Below are positions 58,012 through 64,000 of a stretch of DNA of 64,000 nt, in pieces. The notes under the pieces are model-generated. The model saw only the letters and a list, made by a program, of their open reading frames with translations. It was not told where the DNA came from and made no database searches. Both the position numbers and the translations under genes were made by a program. Origin of the DNA: Candidatus Marinacidobacterium sp. (GTDB lineage Bacteria; Acidobacteriota; Vicinamibacteria; Marinacidobacterales; Marinacidobacteraceae); the NCBI GenBank assembly GCA_965220965.1, contig OZ244852.1:256001-320000 (forward strand), read 5' to 3'. Within the stretch, counting starts at the first letter, position 1, and each line of letters begins with the position of its first letter.

Positions 58012-58983
58012 TCAGACTCTGGCGGGTTTCGCCGCGGGGTGCTGTTCCTCGGCGCTCGCCTTCGCGCTCCGACGGAACCGATGCCACCAGAGCACGATGG
58101 GCGACGCGATCGCGATGGAGGACCACGTTCCCACCAGGACTCCGGCCACGAGCACGAACGAGAAGGCGCGGAGCACCTCGCCGCCCCAGATGAGCAGCGC
58201 TCCGACCGCGATCAGGGTCAGCCCCGAGGTGAGCACGGTGCGCCGCAGGGTCTGGTTGATCGAGAGGTTGATGATCTCGCGGAGCTCGATCCGTCGATGG
58301 ATGTGGCGGTTCTCGCGGACGCGGTCGAAGATCACGATCGTGTCGTTCACCGAGTACCCCACAAGCGCGAGGAACGCCGCGATCACGTTCAGGCTGAGCT
58401 CGTGGTCGAACAGCGACACCAGCGCCAGCGTCACGCCGACATCATGCAGGACGGCCACGGTGGCCCCGACCCCGTAGACGGGTTCGAAGCGGAACCCGAT
58501 GTAGATCAGCATCGCGAACAGCGCGAGGAGCGCTGCGTTGCGCGCGCGCCGCCGCAAGTCCTCTCCGACCTGCGGGCCCACGACTTCGGTGCTGGCGGAA
58601 ACCAGCGGGGTCCCCGCCGACCCGGCGCGGAGCGACGTCAGGATGCGGTTCGCGCTCGCGTCGATGCCGCTCGCGGCTTCGCCGGGCTCTCCCTCCTCCT
58701 TCTCGACCCGGATCATCACCTGGTTCAGGGAGGGATCGTCGTAGCGCTGGATCACCGCATCTCCGAACCCCAGCCCGGAGACGGCCTCCCGGACGGCCTC
58801 GATCTCGGGGGATTCGGCGAACTTGGCGACCACCAGGGTCCCTTCGGAGAAGTCGATTCCGTAGCGGAGTCCGCCCTGGCGCACGGTATCCACCACGCCG
58901 GCGGCGAAGACGGCGAGCGACACGCCGGCGAACCACCAGCGGTACTTCAGCCAGTCGATGCGGGTGTCGCGGAGGATGTCCAT
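58012..58983 (-). CDS. secF: Protein translocase subunit SecF
   Basis: YGIDFSEG, VGPQVG, GYSVNDTIVIFDRVREN, SINQTLRRT. Confidence 0.96.
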   Translation of the reverse strand: MDILRDTRIDWLKYRWWFAGVSLAVFAAGVVDTVRQGGLRYGIDFSEGTLVVAKFAESPEIEAVREAVSGLGFGDAVIQRYDDPSLNQVMIRVEKEEGEPGEAASGIDASANRILTSLRAGSAGTPLVSASTEVVGPQVGEDLRRRARNAALLALFAMLIYIGFRFEPVYGVGATVAVLHDVGVTLALVSLFDHELSLNVIAAFLALVGYSVNDTIVIFDRVRENRHIHRRIELREIINLSINQTLRRTVLTSGLTLIAVGALLIWGGEVLRAFSFVLVAGVLVGTWSSIAIASPIVLWWHRFRRSAKASAEEQHPAAKPARV

Positions 58984-58993
58984 GGCGGCGAAC

Positions 58994-60532
58994 TCAGATG
59001 CTCAGCGCGCTCACCTGGCGTCGCCCGCCAAGGACCCAGTCGAAGAGGAAGCGGGAGACGAACATGGCGGTGAAGACGTTGCTGATCAGCCCGATGCTCA
59101 GCGTCACGGCGAAACCCTGGACCGGTCCGGTCCCGAACTGGAACAGGATGGCCGCCGCCACCAGCGAGGTCATGTTGGCGTCCACGATCGTCAGGAAGAC
59201 GCGGGAGAACCCGACCGAGACGGCGGTGCGCGGCGGCTTGCCGGAACGCATCTCCTCCTTGATTCGCTCGAAGATGAGCACGTTCGCGTCGACCCCCATC
59301 CCGATCGTCAGGATGACCCCGGCGATGCCCGGCAGGGTCAGGGTGGCGGCGAAATACGCCATCGCCCCCATGAGGATCAGGAGGTTCATGACGAGGGCGA
59401 TCACCGCGTTCACGCCCGAGAGCCGGTAGTAGAAGAGGATGAAGAGGAGAACGCCCGCGAGTCCCGCCAGCGAGGCGGTGACCCCGCTCCGGATGGAATC
59501 GGCGCCCAGCGACGGGCCGACGGTGCGCTGCTCCTGGTATTCGAGCGAGGCGGGCAGCGCTCCCGCCCGCAGAACGAGCGCCAGGTCGAGCGCCTCCTCC
59601 ACCGTGAAGTTCCCGACGATCTGCCCCTGGTCGTAGATCGCGCTCTGGATCACCGGAGCGGAGACGACGTCCCCGTCGAGGACGATGGCCATCTGGCGTC
59701 CCACGTTGGCGCCGGTGAAGTCGCGCATCCGGGACGCGCCGTCGGCGTGGAGGCTGAACTCCACGTTGGGCAGGTTCGTCTGGAAGTCGATGCCCTGGCG
59801 CGCGTTGCGGAGGTCGCGCCCGGTGATCGCGGCTACGCGGTTCACCTGGTACCAGCCGGTGGCCCCGGTGGGCAGCGTGGTGGTGATGTTCTGAAGCGAA
59901 CTGTTCAGCGGGGGCAGCAGGGCCTCGTCGAGCACCGGCCCCGCCTGGACCAGGCGGAGTTCGAGCTGGGCGGTGGCCTGGATGATCTCCTTGGCCCGCT
60001 CCACGTCCTCGTAGCCGGGAAGCTGCACCAGGATCTGGTCGCCGGTGGCGCCGTGCGTCGTGATGACCGGCTCCGCCACTCCCAGTTCGTCAACCCGTCG
60101 GCGGATGGTCTCCATCGCCTGCACGACGGTCTGGTCCCGGAGCACGAGCTCCTCGGAGGAGCGCAGCCGCAGCGACCAGTCATCGCCCCCCACGGTCTGG
60201 AGATCCCACGCCGGCCAACTGAAGGCCACGATGTCGGAGACCTCCGAGCGGCGGGACCCGTCGAGGTCGAGGATCGTCAGGTCTCCGAACCCGTTCACCT
60301 CGATGTCCGAGAAATCGATCGCCTCGTTGTCGAGCCGCTCGGCGAGCTGCTCCGCGGTCTCGTCGGTCATCACCCGGACCGCGTCGTCGGTCTCCACCCG
60401 GAGCACCAGGTGGATTCCCCCCTGGAGGTCCAGTCCGAGGACCAGCTTTTCTCCCGGCGGGTTTACGACCAGGACGAGTCCCGCGACCAGCGCGAGAAGG
60501 AAGATCGCCTTCAGGCGGAGGTTCCGCTTCAC
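58994..60532 (-). CDS. secD: Protein translocase subunit SecD
   Basis: LGLDLQGG, RVDELGVAEP, LRAGALP, VGPSLG, GMGVDANVLIFERI. Confidence 0.96.
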   Translation of the reverse strand: MKRNLRLKAIFLLALVAGLVLVVNPPGEKLVLGLDLQGGIHLVLRVETDDAVRVMTDETAEQLAERLDNEAIDFSDIEVNGFGDLTILDLDGSRRSEVSDIVAFSWPAWDLQTVGGDDWSLRLRSSEELVLRDQTVVQAMETIRRRVDELGVAEPVITTHGATGDQILVQLPGYEDVERAKEIIQATAQLELRLVQAGPVLDEALLPPLNSSLQNITTTLPTGATGWYQVNRVAAITGRDLRNARQGIDFQTNLPNVEFSLHADGASRMRDFTGANVGRQMAIVLDGDVVSAPVIQSAIYDQGQIVGNFTVEEALDLALVLRAGALPASLEYQEQRTVGPSLGADSIRSGVTASLAGLAGVLLFILFYYRLSGVNAVIALVMNLLILMGAMAYFAATLTLPGIAGVILTIGMGVDANVLIFERIKEEMRSGKPPRTAVSVGFSRVFLTIVDANMTSLVAAAILFQFGTGPVQGFAVTLSIGLISNVFTAMFVSRFLFDWVLGGRRQVSALSI

Positions 60533-60581
60533 CGTCGGCTCGCCGCGTTCCCGGGTTCTGGCAAGAAGTGAGGCCGGAGGC

Positions 60582-60884
60582 TCAGGTCTTCTTCTCGATG
60601 ACGCGGGCGACCGCGTTCCTGTCGAGCTGGAGCCTGACCGAGTCCGAGACCCGCAACTGGATCACGTCTCCCTGGAGTCCGGTGATCACGCCGTGGATGC
60701 CGCCGTTGGTGACGACCCTGGCGCCTCGATCCAGGCTCTTCAGCATGGCTTCGGTCTCCCGCTGGCGCTTGCGCATGGGCCGGAACACGATCAGATAGAA
60801 GATCCCGAAGATGACCGCGAACAGCAGCAACTGCATGCCGAAGGCGCCGCCGCCCGGGCTGGCCTGAAGAAGGGACGGGAACAT
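60582..60884 (-). CDS. yajC: Preprotein translocase subunit YajC
   Basis: FYLIVFRPMRKRQ, VVTNGGIHG; lies between tgt and secD. Confidence 0.93.
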   Translation of the reverse strand: MFPSLLQASPGGGAFGMQLLLFAVIFGIFYLIVFRPMRKRQRETEAMLKSLDRGARVVTNGGIHGVITGLQGDVIQLRVSDSVRLQLDRNAVARVIEKKT

Positions 60885-61063
60885 GCGGAGAGAGGGGCCT
60901 TTCTGGCGGTCCGCCCACCCGGGCGGGATGCGAAAAGCCCGGCTTCCCCTCGGCGGGAGAGCCGGGCGCGCGGAACGCCGCAGAATACCACGCGCCGGTC
61001 GCCCGGTCCGTAGAACCCGCGCGGATCAGCCCGGGCCGCGCTTCCGTCCGGGGCCGCGCCGTC

Positions 61064-62230
61064 TCAGCCGGAAACACGGTCCGGTTCTTCCGGGTTCGTG
61101 GTCCTCCAGCGGGAGCGATTCGCCGCATGGAACGAGGCGAACCGGTCCTCGCGGATGGCGTCGCGCAGCTCGGCCATCAATCGGGCGTAGAACGTCAGGT
61201 TGTGGGCGCTCAGCAGGGTGGCGGCGATCCGTTCCCGGGCCCTCAGCAGATGGTGGAGCCACGCCCGGCAGTACGAGGCGCAGGCCGGGCAGGGGCAGTC
61301 GGGGTCGAGGACGCGATCGTCGTCCCGGAACCGGGCCCGGGAGAGATTCAGCCTCCCCGCCCGCGTGAACACGATGCCCCGGCGCGCCAGCCGGGTCGGA
61401 AGGACGCTGTCGAACAGGTCCACGCCGAGGGCCGCCGATTCGATCAGGTCGGCCGGGAGACCGGCCCCCATGAGGTAGCGGGGACGCTCCGGCGGGAGCG
61501 CTTCGGCGGTGACTCCGGTGACGCTCCGCGTCGCGTCTCCGGCTTCCCCCATGAGCAGCCCGCCCACGCCGAACCCGTCGAAGCCCTCTCCCGCCGGTCC
61601 GAACGCCGCGAGCGCCCGCGCGTTCGCTTCCCGGGCGGTGGCGGACACCCCTCCCTGGACGATGCCGAAGAGAAGCTGGCCCGTTTCCGGGGATCCGGCT
61701 CTTCGGTGGACGGTGAGCGCGCGCTCCGCCCACCGCAGGCTCCGCGCGGCCGCCCGCTCCACCGCCTCCTCCGGCGCCGGGAGGCTGAGGCACTCGTCGA
61801 GGACCATCGCGATGTCCGATCCGAGATCCCGCTGCACTTCGATCACGCTCTCCGGAGTGAGCTCGTGGAGCGAGCCGTCCCGATGGGAGCGGAGGCGGAC
61901 CCCGGTCTCCGACACGTCGCGCAGCGAGCTCAGGCTGGCGATCTGGTAGCCCCCGCTGTCGGTGAGGATCGGCCGGTCCCAGTCCATGAGCCGGTGGAGG
62001 CCGCCGAGCCGCGCCACCCGCCGGTGGCCCGGCTGAAGCATGAGATGCCAGGCGTTCGCGAGCAGCACCCGGGTTCCGGCCTGGCGCGCCTCCCGGGTGG
62101 TGAGCCCCCGAAGCGCCCCCGATGTCGCCACCGGCATGAACTCGGGCGTGTCGATCGGACCGTGGGCGGTCGTCAGCCGGCCCAGACGGGCGCCGCCGCT
62201 CCGCGCCCGGACGCTGAAGGCCGGGGTCAA
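61064..62230 (-). CDS. tgt: tRNA-guanine transglycosylase Tgt
   Basis: TPEFMPV, LTDSGGYQ, LDEC, GIVQGG, PRYLMG, DLFD, Zn site CPCPAC...HN; tgt-yajC-secDF synteny. Confidence 0.92.
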   Translation of the reverse strand: MTPAFSVRARSGGARLGRLTTAHGPIDTPEFMPVATSGALRGLTTREARQAGTRVLLANAWHLMLQPGHRRVARLGGLHRLMDWDRPILTDSGGYQIASLSSLRDVSETGVRLRSHRDGSLHELTPESVIEVQRDLGSDIAMVLDECLSLPAPEEAVERAAARSLRWAERALTVHRRAGSPETGQLLFGIVQGGVSATAREANARALAAFGPAGEGFDGFGVGGLLMGEAGDATRSVTGVTAEALPPERPRYLMGAGLPADLIESAALGVDLFDSVLPTRLARRGIVFTRAGRLNLSRARFRDDDRVLDPDCPCPACASYCRAWLHHLLRARERIAATLLSAHNLTFYARLMAELRDAIREDRFASFHAANRSRWRTTNPEEPDRVSG

Positions 62231-63108
62231 GACCGGGGGACCGGGACGAACAGGAAGCGGTCGAGGGCGGCGGCGACTCCCTGGTCATCGTTGCTCCCGG
62301 TCGTTTCGAATCCCAGCCCGCGAAGGCCGGCCTCGGCGTTCGCCATCAGGACGCCCGTCCCGGCGGCCCGGAGCATGGAGAGGTCGTTCCAGTTGTCTCC
62401 GATCGCCAGGGTGGAGGCCATCGGGACGCCGGCCGCGGCCGCCACCGATCGGAGCGCTGCGCCCTTGGAGGCTTCCGCGCCGAGGACATCCACCAGCGCC
62501 AGGTTCGTCGCGGCGTACTCGGTGCGCTCGAGGCTCGCCGCGGCGCCGAGGACCTCCCGCAGCTCCGCCTCGGCTTCCCGGCATGGCCCGGGACTGCCGG
62601 CGAGAACCAGATGAACGGGGTCTTCGGCGAACCGCGGCGCCGGGTCGAGCCGAGGCGCCGGTCGAATGGTGGAGAGGTAGCGGCGAACGCGCGGAGAGCC
62701 GGGGTCGCTGGCGCTGATGCGCACGCCCCCGTCACGGTCGCTGATCACGAGCGTGAGCGAACGCCGCCGGCTGATCGCCGCCGTCGTCTCGGCGACCGCT
62801 TTCGGCAACAGGATCTCGGTCAGCGTGGCGTCCCCGCGTCGCACCAGCGCGCCGCCGTGCCCGGCGCGGAAGATCGAAGCGGGAAGCTGGCGAGTGAGGT
62901 CTTCCAGTTCGGCGAACCGCCGCCCGGTGATCACCGCCACCGCGACGCCGGCTTCCTGCGCGCGGAGGAGCGCGTCGAGGTCGCGCGCCGCGATCCGCTT
63001 CACCGAATCCAGAAGCGTGCCGTCGAGGTCCACCGCCACCAGGCCGATTCCGTGCGGCCCGATTCCGGAACGAACGGGCGGCTCAGGCGCCGGCGGCGCG
63101 GTCTCCAT
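62227..63108 (-). CDS. Cof-like HAD hydrolase (subfamily IIB)
   Basis: VDLDGTLL, ITGR, SKGAAL, AIGDNWNDLSML, MANA, SNDDQGVA. Confidence 0.9.
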   Translation of the reverse strand: METAPPAPEPPVRSGIGPHGIGLVAVDLDGTLLDSVKRIAARDLDALLRAQEAGVAVAVITGRRFAELEDLTRQLPASIFRAGHGGALVRRGDATLTEILLPKAVAETTAAISRRRSLTLVISDRDGGVRISASDPGSPRVRRYLSTIRPAPRLDPAPRFAEDPVHLVLAGSPGPCREAEAELREVLGAAASLERTEYAATNLALVDVLGAEASKGAALRSVAAAAGVPMASTLAIGDNWNDLSMLRAAGTGVLMANAEAGLRGLGFETTGSNDDQGVAAALDRFLFVPVPRS

Positions 63109-63125
63109 CCCCGCGGGGCGGCCGA

Positions 63126-63998
63126 TCACGGTCCGGGAGGGGTGACCCCGTCCCAGACCCGCACCCGGCGGATGCGATCGCCGGGTTCGATCCGCTCCAG
63201 CACCTCGAAACCGCTGCGCACATGCCCGAAGAGGGTCGCGCGGCCGTTCTGCGCCGGCGTCGGGAGCAGGGTGATGAAGAAACCGGCGCCCCCGGTGTCC
63301 TTGCCGGCCTCGACCATGCCGAGACCGCCGCGCATGAAGGTGCGTTCGTTGATTTCGGAGCGGATCGCCTCTCCGGGCGACGCGCGGCGGTCGCCGGCTT
63401 CGACCACGAAGCCGGGGAGCGGTCGGGACCAGGGCTGTCCCTCGTAGAAGCCGGAGCGCGCCAGCCGCATGAAGCGCCAGACCGTCCGCGGCGCGTCGGC
63501 GATGAACAGCTCCACCTCGATTTCTCCCCGGTTCGTGTCGATCCAGGCGACCGGCGTGAACGGGGGGCGCAGCATCGCGTCGTAGTCGGCGTCTTCGAGA
63601 GTCCCGGCCGGCGCCGGGGGGGCGGGGGGCGTCTCGCCCGCTTGCCGCAGGAAGCGATGCGCCTCGCGGCGAACGGCCCAGACCGGATCGCCGAGCGCCG
63701 TCCGCGCGAAGGCGACGGCCTCGGATCCATCCCCCCGCGCCAGCGCCTCGAGCGCCGCCAGCCGGAACCACGGGGCGGGGCTCCCGTCCGCCTCCGCGGC
63801 GCGGCGGATTTCGGTCAGCCGGGCGCCGAGCCGACCGAGCGCCTCCGCGGCCGCGGCGCGCGCGAACGGATCGGGGTCCTCGAGGCGCTCCGCCAGGGCG
63901 GCCTCCACTTCCGGATCGACGCCGCCTCCGGAGCTCGCAAGCGCGGCTTCCATGCGGCCGACGGCTTCGATCGCGGCGGTGCGGACCTCCGGATCGGC
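63126..63998 (-). CDS. HEAT-repeat protein with C-terminal cyclophilin-like domain (5' end outside window)
   Basis: HEAT repeats (LEDPDPFARAAAAEAL, LGDPVWAVR), then TNRGEIEVEL..APRTV..F..LA..GFY...GKDTGG..FFIT. Confidence 0.85.
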   Translation of the reverse strand, partial: ADPEVRTAAIEAVGRMEAALASSGGGVDPEVEAALAERLEDPDPFARAAAAEALGRLGARLTEIRRAAEADGSPAPWFRLAALEALARGDGSEAVAFARTALGDPVWAVRREAHRFLRQAGETPPAPPAPAGTLEDADYDAMLRPPFTPVAWIDTNRGEIEVELFIADAPRTVWRFMRLARSGFYEGQPWSRPLPGFVVEAGDRRASPGEAIRSEINERTFMRGGLGMVEAGKDTGGAGFFITLLPTPAQNGRATLFGHVRSGFEVLERIEPGDRIRRVRVWDGVTPPGP

Positions 63999-64000
63999 GT

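Overview
This is a GC-rich bacterial chromosome window with about 56 protein-coding genes. Gene content and style suggest Acidobacteriota (inference only). I found no rRNA, tRNA, CRISPR array, integrase or transposase. Most of it is housekeeping or nutrient scavenging: three tandem amidohydrolases, a PD40 propeller protein and an M28 peptidase, lepA-hemW, two S9 peptidases, a P450, queG, an alpha-carbonic anhydrase, a MacB-type ABC exporter, kbl, clpB, an IscA/ErpA carrier, Ku plus a ligase-only LigD, a 2-oxoacid:ferredoxin oxidoreductase, a TonB-dependent receptor, Mrp, rel, tonB-exbB-exbD-exbD-TPR and tgt-yajC-secD-secF. The most interesting signals are small. (1) A ~1-kb enzyme-free cassette carries two paralogous bitopic coiled-coil orphan proteins, is bounded by a 114-bp duplication of a host gene's 3' end, and has a fold-back hairpin exactly at one junction. 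(2) A structured leader before the tonB-exb operon could sequester the SD and has mutually exclusive helices. (3) A helically phased 63-bp symmetric AT-rich site lies before an AAA-wHTH gene. (4) A nuclease-less DUF262 gene is wedged into an operon. (5) A 182-bp MITE-like element is present. (6) An iscA-led gene run includes a Tat-exported PLP enzyme. All calls come from manual motif reading; no searches were run.
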